Origin: an uncultured Methanoregulaceae archaeon | GTDB lineage: Archaea; Halobacteriota; Methanomicrobia; Methanomicrobiales; Methanospirillaceae | NCBI GenBank assembly: GCA_963705255.1 | Contig: OY970061.1 | Span: 384,001 to 448,000, forward strand | Direction of reading: 5' to 3' | Length of the DNA: 64,000 bases | Part shown: positions 10,083 through 21,144 of the stretch, one piece after another | Position numbering within the stretch: position 1 is the first letter of the stretch | Layout of the letters: each line of letters opens with the position of its first letter | Notes under the pieces: model-generated | What the model saw: only the letters and a program-made list of their open reading frames with translations | What the model was told of the DNA's origin: nothing | Database searches by the model: none | Position numbers and translations under genes: made by a program

Positions 10083-10340
10083 GCATGCCACCCTGATGGA
10101 GTACTCAACCGGGGTGAGGGTTCAATCTTTCCCCGGTTCTCCAAGATAGGGAATCTTCATTTACACGGTTCATCTGGATTAAAGACTGACCTAGTTTTGG
10201 CAAAAGGATGGATACTCATCCGGAGGCACTCCTTCATGCAGGAGTCCTGAAACATTCTAGTACCAAAAGATCCAATTTGTAAACTACATTTTACCTGTTC
10301 AGGAAGATGCCCGGATGATCCCGGGGGACAGTCCGTTCTC

Positions 10341-12103
10341 ATGGAAAAAAACGAAATCGCGGTCAATGGCACAGGACCCGTCAGAAAAGGCATAGACTAC
10401 AAGTGGATCGTGCTTTCGATCACCACTATCGAGATGTTCATGGTATCGGTGAATGGGAGCATCACCCTCATCTCGCTGCCCGCGATCTTCAATGGCATCA
10501 ATATCGACCCGCTCACCTCGTTCCAGTACCTGATCTGGGTGCTGATGGGCTACAACCTCGTCACCGCGACCCTGCTCCTCAGTTGCGGCCGGCTCTCGGA
10601 CATGTACGGGAGGGTGAAGTTCTACAATATCGGATTTGCCATCTTCACCCTGGGATCCATACTCCTTTTTCTCACGCCGGACAAGGGTGACGCAGGTGCC
10701 ATTGAGCTGATCGCGTTCCGCCTCGTGCAGGCCGTGGGTGCATCCTTCACCTTCTCCAACAGCGCGGCAATCCTCACCGATGCATTCCCCCCAGACGAAC
10801 GGGGCAAGGCGCTGGGGCTGAACACGATGGCATTCCTCTCGGGCCAGTTCGTAGGTCTCATCCTCGGCGGCATCCTCGCGTTCTATAACTGGCGGTACGT
10901 CTTCCTCGTCAGCGTGCCGGTCGGCATTCTCGGCACGGTATGGGCGTACCTGAAACTGAAGGAGACCCCGCTGCCGAAAAAGGCCCGGAAGATCGATATC
11001 TGGGGCAACGTCACCTTTGTCGGCGGGCTGACGATCCTTCTTGTCGGCATCACATATGCGCTCCTCCCGTACGGGAATGACCCGATGGGATGGGGCAACC
11101 CGTGGGTGATCGCATCGCTCGCCAGCGGCGTCATCCTCCTGATCGCATTCCCGATCATCGAAAACAGGGTCGAGGACCCGATGTTCCGGCTGAGTCTGTT
11201 CAGGATCCGGGTATTCTCCCTTGCCAACACTGCCGGGTTCCTGAGCGCACTGGCCCGGGGCGGCATGATGTTCCTCCTGATCATGCTGCTGCAGGGCATC
11301 TGGCTGCCGCTCCACGGGTACAGCTACGAATCGACACCGTTCTGGGCCGGGATATTCATGCTGCCGCTCACCGCCGGGTTTGTGATCATGGGACCCCTCT
11401 CAGGCTGGCTCTCGGACAAATACGGTTCACGGTTGTTCGCCACTTCCGGTCTGCTCCTCATTGCCCTCTCGTTCCTGATGCTGGCCTCGCTGCCCTATGA
11501 TTTCGATTACCCGGTCTTTGCCCTTGCCCTCATGATCATGGGTCTCGGCAATGGCATGTTCGGCACACCGAATATCGCAGCGATCATGAACTCCGTGCCC
11601 CCGGAGGAGCGCGGTGTCGCATCGGGCATGAGGTCGATGCTCCAGAACAGCGGGATGGTCATCTCCATGGCCCTGTTCTTCACCATCGTCATTGTCAGCC
11701 TGACTCACCTGTTCCCCCCTGAGCTCGCGACATCACTGACCAGTGCCGGGGCCCGGGCCTGATCGTCCCCATGAGCGCAATTCCGCCGACGGGGGCGTTG
11801 TTTGCCGCGTTTCTGGGATATAATCCTGTCAACGCGATCCTGGCAACATTGCCCCCGGCAGTCGTTGCCGCGATCAGCCCGGCGACCCTGAAGGTCCTGA
11901 CCGGCATCACCTGGTTTCCGACAACGCTTGCGCATGGCTTCATGCCGTCGCTCAGGATCTCCTTCTACATTGGTGCCCTGCTCTCGATCATCGCCGCGGT
12001 ATTGGCCTCATTGACCGGGTCACGGTTCGTCCACGAGATCCATGGAATGCAGGGTGAGAAACCCGAACCCGTGGCTGAGCCCGTTATGGATATTGTTGAA
12101 TAA
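10341..12103 (+). CDS. MFS transporter, DHA2/EmrB-like (apparent frameshift near 11752)
   Basis: GRLSDMYGR motif [21 protein letters not shown] 11771-12103 supplies the C-terminal TMs once one C is restored. Confidence 0.85.
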
Positions 12104-12261
12104 TATTCCGTCAGTTTGATCGGGGGTCCTGAAACTTCTGCTCTCAGATTCACGCTGAAAAATGCCTTTTGATTGGGACTCCGGCATACCTGTTTCTGCA
12201 GGTCTCCCAAACCCCCCAGAATTTTTCTGTACCCTCCGGCGGAACCGGACCAGATTTACCG

Positions 12262-13014
12262 TCACGTCAACGCTGTGCGCCGCTCTTTCATCCAGTCGTG
12301 AGAGAAGACCTCTGCCTCGCCGCTTACGATCCCCCCGGCAATCTTCCCGGAGACGAATTCTGCTGAGTCCGGCGGGTACGGGCCGGTCGGTTCCCGTTCA
12401 TCTTCGGGCACCGGGACCGCCCGGATAGTATTCTTCTCGAAACCGGTAAGGGTAATGTACGGGTAAACGACGCTGACAACGATATTGTCAGCCTGCAGTT
12501 CCTCCCGGGCGGCAAGACTGATGCCGGCCAGTGCCCGCTTGGAGGATGAATACGGGCTCATGCCCGGCAGATTCATCAGTGCGGTCCCGGAACTGATGTT
12601 GAGGATCGTCCCCCCGCCCTGTGCCCTCATGATCGGGATCACCTGCTGCATGGCGACGAGCGGCCCGATGACATTCAGGTCATAAATGTACCGGAACGTG
12701 GGGATTTCTGTCTTTTCAACCGGGGCATCATACCCCTGCCCCGCATTATTGACCAGGATGTCGATCCTGCCAAAATATTCCATCGCCCTGCTGATCATCT
12801 TCCGGATCTGCGGAATCTTTGTCATGTCGGCAGGAAAGGCGCGGGAACCAGGAAGTGTGCCGGATAGTTCCTCAAGTATCCCCCTGGATCGCGAGACAAG
12901 GCCGACCCTGACGCCATTTTCTGCAAGGAGCTGTGCGGTCGCACGGCCTATCCCGGAAGAAGCGCCGGTGACGATCGCGGTTTTCCCCCGTAACACTGAA
13001 AAATCCTCATGCAT
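12262..13014 (-). CDS. Short-chain dehydrogenase/reductase
   Basis: TGASSGIG, NNAG and YSSSK catalytic motifs. Confidence 0.92.
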   Translation of the reverse strand: MHEDFSVLRGKTAIVTGASSGIGRATAQLLAENGVRVGLVSRSRGILEELSGTLPGSRAFPADMTKIPQIRKMISRAMEYFGRIDILVNNAGQGYDAPVEKTEIPTFRYIYDLNVIGPLVAMQQVIPIMRAQGGGTILNISSGTALMNLPGMSPYSSSKRALAGISLAAREELQADNIVVSVVYPYITLTGFEKNTIRAVPVPEDEREPTGPYPPDSAEFVSGKIAGGIVSGEAEVFSHDWMKERRTALT

Positions 13015-13429
13015 GGATCAATAACCACCTCATCCCTTTACAGGATTTGAGCGAGTATGTGTGCCGGGAAGTAATAGAGTTTTCACCATGTTTCAAAAAC
13101 CGATCGATATCCGCCCATCCCGGGCATCATCTGAATTCTAATCGGTCGTCCGTAGTGCCGGGATCAGGGTTGCAGGGCCCGGTCTTGACAGGCCTGCAGG
13201 ACCGGGCGACGGGATGTCCCCTCCGGTACATGTCCCGGATTGTACGGTTTGGGAGAAAAGATACTAGTGAGAGTACATATGGGCAGCCGGATTTATGTCA
13301 CCAGCGATGGAACATGACCGTTTTTCGTCACAGATTATCCGGAAAAATGGATACCCTGATAGGTTATTTCAATGAAAATCCCGGAAGAAATGGTATTGTA
13401 TTTCAGGGTGCGTTCCTCTGATGCTGTTC

Positions 13430-14176
13430 CTAAATCCCTTTCACCAGGTTCCGCCTCTGGATCACCTTAGCACACCCAATGAACACCAGGATCACGAGCA
13501 CGAGAACCAGGGAATCGACCCATGGCGGGTAGACCGCGTCGCCGTTCAGGCTTGCGTGGAAGAGGTCAACGAGGTACGTGAGCGGGGAGAGGGAGGTGAG
13601 GATCGATTCCCAGCCGGCCAGCTGGCTGAGCGGGATGAAGATGCCCGAGACGAAGATGAGCGGGAGCCGGACGAGGCTCGAGAGCATCATGATATTCGAC
13701 GGGTTGTCCGTTGTCGGTGAGGCGAGCAGAGTTCCGAGCGCTGCAAACGTGATCGACCCGAGCACGAGCGAGAGGGCGAGGAGCCCGATATGGGCGAGGG
13801 GGAGCCGGAGGAGCACCGCAGAGACCACGAAGACGATTGCCGTGATGCCAACGCCGAAGATCGCACCGGCCATCAGGTCGCCGATGATGATGCTCTCGAG
13901 GATCACGGGGAGGGAGACGAGACGCTCGTAGGTCTTCTCCCGCTTCTCCCACGGAGTGATCAGGGGGCCGACCGAGGACGCGGTAAAGAAGAGCATCATC
14001 CCGAGGAACCCCGGGAAGAAGAGAACGATGTCGAGGTTCCGGCCTATGAAGAACGTGAAGAACATGATGAGGGGGAAGAGCAGGCCGAAGACCACCACCG
14101 GCCCCTTGAAGTAATAGATCCGCATGTTCTTCTCGGTGACGACAGCGATGCTGCGGAGAAAGACATTCCAGTCCAT
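13430..14176 (-). CDS. ABC-2 type transporter permease
   Basis: Six TMs, EKREKTYERLVSLP, FVSGIFIPL and SPLTY. Coupled to the upstream ATPase. Confidence 0.88.
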   Translation of the reverse strand: MDWNVFLRSIAVVTEKNMRIYYFKGPVVVFGLLFPLIMFFTFFIGRNLDIVLFFPGFLGMMLFFTASSVGPLITPWEKREKTYERLVSLPVILESIIIGDLMAGAIFGVGITAIVFVVSAVLLRLPLAHIGLLALSLVLGSITFAALGTLLASPTTDNPSNIMMLSSLVRLPLIFVSGIFIPLSQLAGWESILTSLSPLTYLVDLFHASLNGDAVYPPWVDSLVLVLVILVFIGCAKVIQRRNLVKGI

Positions 14177-14177
14177 C

Positions 14178-15095
14178 TTACACGTCTCCGGTGAGCCGGA
14201 CAAACGCCTCTTCGAGCGTAGGGTTCGAGGTCGCGATGGAGACGATGGTCAGGTGGTCCCGCTCCGCTGCAGAAGCAAGGTATTTCACGGCCCGGTCCGG
14301 GTCGTCCGTGAAGACCCGCCACTTGTCCCCCCATGGCTCCGCCCGGGTAATCCCCGGGGCAGAAAACAGCCCGGGTCCCACCGGCTGGTCGAACGAGATC
14401 TCGACGTACCGGGAAGTGTCGAAGGTCTTCTTGAGTTTCTCCGGGCTGCCGGTCGCCACGATCTTCCCCTTGTTGATGATGCTGATCATCGAGCAGAGCG
14501 CGTTGGCCTCCTCGATGTTGTGCGTGGTGAGGAGGATCGTGCTGCCCTGCTCGCTCATGTGCCGGACCGTATCGATCACGAGCCGGCGGCTGTACACGTC
14601 CAGCCCCGTGGTTGGTTCATCGAGGATCAGGACCGGCGGCGAGTGGACGATGGCACACGCGATGCTGATCCGCTGGCGCATACCTTTCGAGAATGTCCGG
14701 ACGATATCGTTTCTCCGTTCCTCAAGCCCGAGCCGTGCGAGGATCTCCCCGGCACGGCGTTCGCGGCTCGCCCGGTCCATGCCAAAAAATTTTGCGGTGA
14801 CGAGGATGTTCTGTTCCGCGGTGAGATCGCTGTACACCGTGCCGTTCTCGGGGATGACACCCATCTTCAGCTTGGCGGTGAGCGGGTCTTTGTCCACATC
14901 CGTCCCAAGGACCTGCACCGTTCCGGTGTCCGGTATCAGCACGCCGGTGATCATCCGGATTGTCGTGGTCTTCCCGGCACCGTTCGGGCCGAGGAACCCG
15001 AAGATGCCGCCTTCCGGGATAGTGATACTGACATTGTCAACGGCGGTTACGGGCCCGAACGACTTGCGGAGATTTTTCGCTTCTATTGCGTCCAT
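14178..15095 (-). CDS. ABC transporter ATP-binding protein (DrrA-like)
   Basis: GPNGAGKTT, FSKGMRQR, ILDEPT and TTH motifs. Start taken at MDAIEAK. Confidence 0.92.
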   Translation of the reverse strand: MDAIEAKNLRKSFGPVTAVDNVSITIPEGGIFGFLGPNGAGKTTTIRMITGVLIPDTGTVQVLGTDVDKDPLTAKLKMGVIPENGTVYSDLTAEQNILVTAKFFGMDRASRERRAGEILARLGLEERRNDIVRTFSKGMRQRISIACAIVHSPPVLILDEPTTGLDVYSRRLVIDTVRHMSEQGSTILLTTHNIEEANALCSMISIINKGKIVATGSPEKLKKTFDTSRYVEISFDQPVGPGLFSAPGITRAEPWGDKWRVFTDDPDRAVKYLASAAERDHLTIVSIATSNPTLEEAFVRLTGDV

Positions 15096-15176
15096 ACGTG
15101 GTGTTCCGGAAGCAAGATTGCAGAGCAAAACCATATGAGGGTATCTATTATCATGCCCCACGGAACAACCATAGAA

Positions 15177-15459
15177 GGTCTGTGCAGGGTATCCGGGATT
15201 GATCGCTTCGGATGCATGGAGATGATGGGTACGGAACGGAGAGCCGGAACGCAGTATTTATATTCGTGCCGGGAAAACGCCCCGTATCCTCGCTGATGCG
15301 ACGATTAATTCCCGGCCGTCAGGGCACCCCCTATCGCGATAGCCCTCAGGTGGTTGGCGAAAATCTTTTGAAAAGAAGGGGAATAAAAAGAGGAGGTCAT
15401 CCTCATAACCACCTGAAATTATACGCCAATGTATTGGAAAATAGGATCTCTCCAGAGAT
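15177..15459. repeat. MITE-like element E3 (right end clear, left end uncertain)
   Basis: 15402-15459 CTCATAACCACCTGAAATTATACG..GAAAATAGGATCTCTCCAGAG matches the right end of E4 (22906-22962). The interior is different and no TSD was found. Confidence 0.5.
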
Positions 15460-15550
15460 CTGATCTCTTCAGTATAGAGGTCACGGTCCCCCGCCCCCCC
15501 TTTAAGGGAGGCCCTGGCTTAAGAGGAGGGTCCTCGCTATGGTCTGTCAT

Positions 15551-16162
15551 TCAAAGTAATTCAGGATCAAAAAATTGAGGGGAACTGAGATCCATCTCGC
15601 GCTCAAGGGTCGCGAGAAAACCGGCGAGGAACTCATGCCTCTCCCTGGCAATATCCCGAGCTGTTTCCGTGTGTATGAGGTCCTTTAATTTCAGCAGTTT
15701 GTCATGGAAATGTTCCACGGCGTCATTGACCGTCCCCCCGTGCTCTGCCGCCCGCATGAACGTCCGGCCTATTCCAACCGCGCCCATGGCATCCAGCTTG
15801 TCCGCATCGGCAAGTATCCGGGCTTCAGGAGTACCCGGCGTTTCCTTCGACCGAAAACGGTGGGTGCGGATTGCGTGGGTAATCGGGGGGATAAGATCTT
15901 CATTGTACCCGATGGATCGAAGGAACCGCTCCGCAATTTGCGCTCCTTCAGCTTCATGGGGAGTCCCTTTCTCCTTTTCGACCGGACGCCCGATATCATG
16001 GAGAAGTGCAGCAGGGAGCAGGATCCCCATGTCCGCATGTTCGTGGACCCCGATCGTCTCACAGAGGCGGGTGACCCGTTCAACATGGTCGAGACCATGC
16101 GAACCGCCCTGACCAAGAACGCTTTTTACATACTCGTGGATCTTTTCTGTCTTCTCATTCAT
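15551..16162 (-). CDS. HD domain metal-dependent phosphohydrolase (YedJ-like)
   Basis: HGLDHVERV, LLHDIG, DADKLDAMGAVGIGRTF and HFHDKLLKL motifs. Confidence 0.9.
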   Translation of the reverse strand: MNEKTEKIHEYVKSVLGQGGSHGLDHVERVTRLCETIGVHEHADMGILLPAALLHDIGRPVEKEKGTPHEAEGAQIAERFLRSIGYNEDLIPPITHAIRTHRFRSKETPGTPEARILADADKLDAMGAVGIGRTFMRAAEHGGTVNDAVEHFHDKLLKLKDLIHTETARDIARERHEFLAGFLATLEREMDLSSPQFFDPELL

Positions 16163-16537
16163 GCAGCCCGGATCTCCGGTCAGATCTTCGGCTGGCCGGT
16201 ATAAATCCTCCTGCATTTAGCCTGCCCGTAGCTGCACCTGCAGTATCTTTCATATGAAACCGGCTCACGGAAGCTAGTCACGGAAAACTGTGGCTCCCGG
16301 AATGCCGGAAATTGCGCCGGTGTCCCGCCGTCACTCAGATTGCCCGGGCCAGACCGTCCGGCATTTGGCTCTGTCCGTCTTGAGCGCCGGAAGGCGGCAG
16401 GCCCTGTTCCGGATTTTACAACCGTTACAAATATCCGGGAATATCATTTCGTATTTGTCAGAGTTCATCAGGATGCATTTTGAAAGGAAGGAAAACGCAT
16501 TTATTCTGGCCGAGCATGAGTGGAAAGCGTGGATAGT

Positions 16538-16963
16538 ATGGATGAAGAGAAGACAAGTCCGAATACCGCGATCGTCCTTTCTTACATAGGCGGGGCGCTG
16601 ATCCTGGTCGCGGGGATCATTACGCTCGGTGTTGGAACGACGTTCATGTACGGGATGATGGGCAGGATGATGTACGGGTACGGAACGGGTCCCATCGGCC
16701 CGCTGATGGCGGGCATGGGGATACTCGGGATCATCTTTGGGGCAATTGTGATCATCGGGACCTATATGATTGGATCCAGCCCTGTACCCTCGCACACGAG
16801 CTGGGGGATCATTATCCTCCTGTTCTCTGCCATGAGTTTTATCAGCGGGGGAGGATTTTATATCGGAGGGGTGCTCGGAATTATCGGGGGTATCCTTGCC
16901 ATAATCTGGAAACCTGCAACCGTGAACGAATCCCCGAAAATCCCGGATAATTCTCTGACATGA
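16538..16963 (+). CDS. Small multi-pass membrane protein (DUF6114-like)
   Basis: Four Gly-rich TM helices, GGGFYIGGVLGIIGGILAI, and an MYGMMGRMM loop. Confidence 0.6.
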   Translation: MDEEKTSPNTAIVLSYIGGALILVAGIITLGVGTTFMYGMMGRMMYGYGTGPIGPLMAGMGILGIIFGAIVIIGTYMIGSSPVPSHTSWGIIILLFSAMSFISGGGFYIGGVLGIIGGILAIIWKPATVNESPKIPDNSLT

Positions 16964-17087
16964 AACTGGCAGGAGTGAGGCGGATCGGAATGGAACTGAT
17001 ACGGCTGTACGCCAGTCACGCCCGAGGCCCTGCCCGGTGTCCCGGGAACGGTAAAAAAGGCGTCTTGCATTGACGGAAGACGAAACA

Positions 17088-18248
17088 ATGACAGAACCTG
17101 CTTCAGCGATCATGCTGGAATTTGCCCGGATGACCGGGCTTGACCCGACCGGCGAGCACCCGAAACGGTATCTCTGGACAGATGCGTTTGCGGTCTGCAA
17201 TTTTCTCTCGTTGTACCGAGAGACTGATAACCCGGAATGGATGGACCGTGCCCTGCGTCTCATCCATCAGGTACATCATCTCCTCGGAAAACACCGCGGC
17301 GATGACCTGCGGACAGGCTGGATCAGCGGTCTTTCATCTGGGGGAGGAGAGATCCACCCGACAATCGGGGGCCTGCGGATTGGCAAGAGGCTGAAGGAAC
17401 GGAACTTTCACGAACCTTATGACGAACGGCTTGAGTGGGACCAGGACGGGCAGTACTTCCACTACCTGACCCGGTGGATGCATGCCCTTGCCTGCACCAG
17501 CCGGGTGAGCGGGGACCCGAAGTACTTGCGGTGGGCGGTTGAACTCGCAGGTTCAGCGCATGCCCGCTTCACGTACTCCCCGGTATCCGGTGGGAAAAAG
17601 AGGATGTACTGGAAGATGAGCATCGATCTTTCACGGCCGCTTGTTCCCTCCATGGGACAGCACGATCCCCTTGACGGGTATGTCACTTACCGCGAGCTCC
17701 AGACAGCATCATCCGGGTGTCCGGGGCAGGATCAACCGACATTGCTCGCCTTCGAGATCGCTGAGATGGCGGACATCTGCCGGGGGACCTACCTGCCTAC
17801 CGATGACCCGCTTGGAACCGGCGGGCTCATGATCGATGCTGCCCGGATCGGACAGATCATCATCGGGAATGGCTGCACCTTAGAAAATCTGCTCCTTTCC
17901 GTACTGGATGCAGCCATCCCTGGCATTGAGGCGTTTGAAAAAAGCCGCACTGTTCACCAGCCTGCCGGGTACATGCTTGCATTCCGCGAATTGGGCCTCT
18001 CGATCGGGCTGAAAGGAGCAGCGATGCTCGCTGGACTGATACGGGAAAACCCGGGGAATTTTGCTGCTGCTGGGGTAGTAGAGCAGAAAGTTGACAGGCT
18101 TGCAGGGTATCTTCCGCTTGCAGGTACGATCGAAAGGTTCTGGATGGACGAGAGAAACCAGGAACCTCCTGCCTGGACGGAACACCGTGAGATCAACCTG
18201 GTGATGCTGGCCACGAGCCTGCTTCCCGATGAATTTCTCCGGATTTAG
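17088..18248 (+). CDS. Conserved hypothetical protein (possible alpha/alpha-toroid enzyme)
   Basis: Long ORF with RYLWTDAFAV, DGQYFHYLTRWMHAL, MYWKMSIDLSRP and HREINLVMLAT blocks. Confidence 0.6.
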   Translation: MTEPASAIMLEFARMTGLDPTGEHPKRYLWTDAFAVCNFLSLYRETDNPEWMDRALRLIHQVHHLLGKHRGDDLRTGWISGLSSGGGEIHPTIGGLRIGKRLKERNFHEPYDERLEWDQDGQYFHYLTRWMHALACTSRVSGDPKYLRWAVELAGSAHARFTYSPVSGGKKRMYWKMSIDLSRPLVPSMGQHDPLDGYVTYRELQTASSGCPGQDQPTLLAFEIAEMADICRGTYLPTDDPLGTGGLMIDAARIGQIIIGNGCTLENLLLSVLDAAIPGIEAFEKSRTVHQPAGYMLAFRELGLSIGLKGAAMLAGLIRENPGNFAAAGVVEQKVDRLAGYLPLAGTIERFWMDERNQEPPAWTEHREINLVMLATSLLPDEFLRI

Positions 18249-18466
18249 GACGGGAAAAAATCCATGGACGAGTCCGGCATAATTCCCGTTTTCCGTGTTG
18301 TCATGATGACGGGCTGAATATACCGTCTTCACGAAGATACGTATGCCTGGGGCACGTTTCGTGAATATCCTGCACTCGATCGCTGCCCGTTACCGGAACG
18401 GGTCAGGGATCCACATCTGGATACAGGAACGAAAGCTGAACGCCGGGAATAACAACAGTAAAAAAG

Positions 18467-18646
18467 TTAGAACCGGGGTTTCCGGTGTTTCGGGAGGCAG
18501 TCACGGCAGTATACCGGCCTGCCCTCTGTCGGCTTGAAGGGAACTTCGCACTCCTTTCCGCAGTCCGAACAGGTAGTTTTCGTCATTTCGCGGGGTCCAA
18601 AGTCCCTGGGCCCCCTGTTTCCACCAAAATTATTTGATCCGTACAT
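18467..18646 (-). CDS. CxxC-x17-CxxC zinc-ribbon protein
   Basis: PREMTKTTCSDCGKECEVPFKPTEGRPVYCRDC is the family consensus. Confidence 0.9.
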   Translation of the reverse strand: MYGSNNFGGNRGPRDFGPREMTKTTCSDCGKECEVPFKPTEGRPVYCRDCLPKHRKPRF

Positions 18647-18746
18647 AGTTTTTCTCAAACAGTTTTAAAAAACTGTGCAGCATTATCTGTGGGCAGAGTA
18701 TAATAATTGCCGGGTCGTGCAGCCGTACACCATGAAAAAGAGGGTA

Positions 18747-19082
18747 TCAGAGATACCGGTTTTTCCGCAGCCAGTCCGCCTGCGGAGGCAGGTACCGGTA
18801 CAGGATGTCGCATTTCTCGTCCTGGAAACTCCACGGGACGACGATGAGGATGTCGCCTTCCCGGATCCACGACCGTTTCTTGATCTTGCCTTTAATCCTG
18901 CCCATCCGTTCAACCCCGTCCTGGCATCGGACCCGGATATGGTTTGCTCCCAGCATCAGTCCGGCGCAGGCAAACTGTTCGCGGTTCTTCTTCTTTGGCA
19001 GGCGTACACGGACAACCGGTGCCCCGTCGGCGTCAAATTCTGTAGCATCTTCTGAGCCAGGTTTTTTTGCGAAGTTGCTAAT
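18747..19082 (-). CDS. eif1a: Translation initiation factor aIF-1A (start uncertain: ATT 19082 or TTG 19091)
   Basis: RVRLP..MLGANHIRVRCQDGVERMGRIKGKIKKRSWIREGD..DILYRY..QADWL. Confidence 0.93.
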   Translation of the reverse strand: MSNFAKKPGSEDATEFDADGAPVVRVRLPKKKNREQFACAGLMLGANHIRVRCQDGVERMGRIKGKIKKRSWIREGDILIVVPWSFQDEKCDILYRYLPPQADWLRKNRYL

Positions 19083-19291
19083 TAAATACAACCCCCGAGA
19101 TGTACACCAATGGTGCCCGGAACGATGAAAGTATGTATTGGGCAAAAACGTTTTCATCTCCGGCAGCAGAGTCTCGATCGAACATGTTACCCTGCAGCAG
19201 CTCTGACTGAAAGATCGGAAACTTGTGGAAGGTACCGGCTTAACCTGATGGGACTGACGGCAAGGGGTAACTATCCAGATTTGGTATATCC

Positions 19292-20998
19292 ATGATCCTT
19301 TTTACGATCCTTGCATTCTTCTGTCTTATATCAGCATTCATCACCTGTGGTCTTGGTTTTTTTGTTTTCTCGAAAAATCCTTCAAAATCGGTCAACCGTC
19401 TCTTCCTTGCAGTCATGCTGGCAACCTGGTACTGGGCAGTCGGAGAATTCCTTATCTGGGAGTCATCGGGATATGGTGATGTCCGGTTCTGGCTGAAGGC
19501 GAGCTCGTTCTGGCCATTCGTCATGGCTCTGACCGTTCATTTCATCCTCACGTGCACCGAACACCCGCTATCGAAACCGGAGAACGGCAGTATTCTTTTT
19601 GTTATCCTGTATCTGCCTTCAACGGTAATTTCCCTGATCGGGCTGTTCACCGATGCGGCTTACACCGTGGTAAACCAACCGGGAATTGGCTATGTCTACC
19701 TCCCCCTCCGGGACAGTCTGGCCTACCGGATCGAAGCCATGTATATTCTTCTCATCATGGTCTTTGGTGCGTACCTGTGCATTTCAGCCTGGCAGCGGGG
19801 TGGCCCGCTAAAAATCCGCAGGCAGAACCGGCTCCTGGGTGTCGGCATCGTAACTGTTATTGTCTTTGGCGCTGTGTCCGGGTTGATCCTCCCGGCATAC
19901 GGCATACCTTTCCCGAATCTCGTTTTCATCGGAATTGTTTTATTCTCCCTGATTATCACGTATGCCATCGTGAGGTACGGGCTTTTTACGTTAAGTGCGG
20001 AGACGGCTGTCCCGGATATCCTCAAGACCATGCCGGACGGTCTTGTCCTTGCTGACATGGACGGTCGGATCATTACGGTTAATGCATCGGCAGCAAGAAT
20101 CTTCCGGGCAGGGGAGAAGTCCCTTGCCGGCCGTCCGCTCGAAACCCTCCTTCCCCAGCCGGTCCATGCCTCGATCAGGTCCGCGATCCGGGACCGGGAA
20201 ACGTTTCTTGACCTTGAAGCGGTTCTTGACCGGACGGAAAATACCGTGGTCAGCATGGCGGGTTCACTCATAAGGGACCCCGAAGGAGAACCTGCAGGTT
20301 TTATCTTGATCATCCGGGATATCACCAGCCGGAAGGCATCCGAACGGGCGCTTCGGGTAGCCAATGAAAAGATATCCCTTTTGACCCAGCTCACCCGCCA
20401 CGATATCCTCAACCTTATCACGGCCCTTGCCAGTTTCCTGACCCTCCTGCAGGAGACAAACGCCGGCAAGGAAGGTGAAAAGTATGTCACTTCCTGCATG
20501 GAAGTAGTGCAGAAGATCGACCGTCACCTCGAGTTCTCCCGGGAATACCAGAATATCGGTTCGCACCAGCCCGTCTGGCAGCCGGTTGCGCAGATGATAG
20601 CCCGTGCTGTCTCTGACCTCGCTCATGAAGGGACCACCATTCTGATGCAGGTAGAACCGGTGGAAATCTATGCAGATCCGCTCTCGGTCAAGGTCTTCTA
20701 TAACCTGCTGGAGAACGCTCTCCGCCATGGGGACACTATTACGCAGATACGGGTCTCATCAGAAAAGCGGCCAGATGGGGAACTTGTCCTCATGTTCGAA
20801 GATAACGGTGCCGGTGTCCGTGATGAGGATAAGGACCGGATCTTCCAGTACGGTTTCGGGAAACATACCGGCCTTGGTCTGGCCCTTTCTCGGGATATCC
20901 TTGCGGTTACGGGAATTTCGATCAACGAGAACGGAATGTGGGGACACGGAGCACGGTTTGAGATCCATGTCCCACCGGCCGGGTGGAGAACTACCTGA
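19292..20998 (+). CDS. HisKA_7TM-PAS sensor histidine kinase
   Basis: Seven N-terminal TMs, a PAS domain, an intact H-box LTRHDILN, and NLLENALRHG, EDNGAG and GLGL boxes. Confidence 0.92.
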   Translation: MILFTILAFFCLISAFITCGLGFFVFSKNPSKSVNRLFLAVMLATWYWAVGEFLIWESSGYGDVRFWLKASSFWPFVMALTVHFILTCTEHPLSKPENGSILFVILYLPSTVISLIGLFTDAAYTVVNQPGIGYVYLPLRDSLAYRIEAMYILLIMVFGAYLCISAWQRGGPLKIRRQNRLLGVGIVTVIVFGAVSGLILPAYGIPFPNLVFIGIVLFSLIITYAIVRYGLFTLSAETAVPDILKTMPDGLVLADMDGRIITVNASAARIFRAGEKSLAGRPLETLLPQPVHASIRSAIRDRETFLDLEAVLDRTENTVVSMAGSLIRDPEGEPAGFILIIRDITSRKASERALRVANEKISLLTQLTRHDILNLITALASFLTLLQETNAGKEGEKYVTSCMEVVQKIDRHLEFSREYQNIGSHQPVWQPVAQMIARAVSDLAHEGTTILMQVEPVEIYADPLSVKVFYNLLENALRHGDTITQIRVSSEKRPDGELVLMFEDNGAGVRDEDKDRIFQYGFGKHTGLGLALSRDILAVTGISINENGMWGHGARFEIHVPPAGWRTT

Positions 20999-21144
20999 TC
21001 CCGTCATTTCCTAATCATCTCCCTTCGCATTTTCTTCCACAGGATGTTGATTCCCCTCAATTATCCTGTTCTGCCGCTCATCGGAAGAGCGTACCCGGGC
21101 ACGGTTACTTAATTCATGATATACTATACTACTATGGTGATCCT

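Noticed and set aside
14124-15296. Long + strand ORFs (390 aa and 315 aa), and similar antisense ORFs over MFS, feoB and the kinases
   Set aside because: Shadow ORFs of GC-rich genes on the opposite strand, with no recognisable motifs.
18303-18317. ATGATGA..CTGA box C/D-like motif (another box C-like motif near 22979)
   Set aside because: Spacing is too short for guides, and there is no matching D box in the second case.
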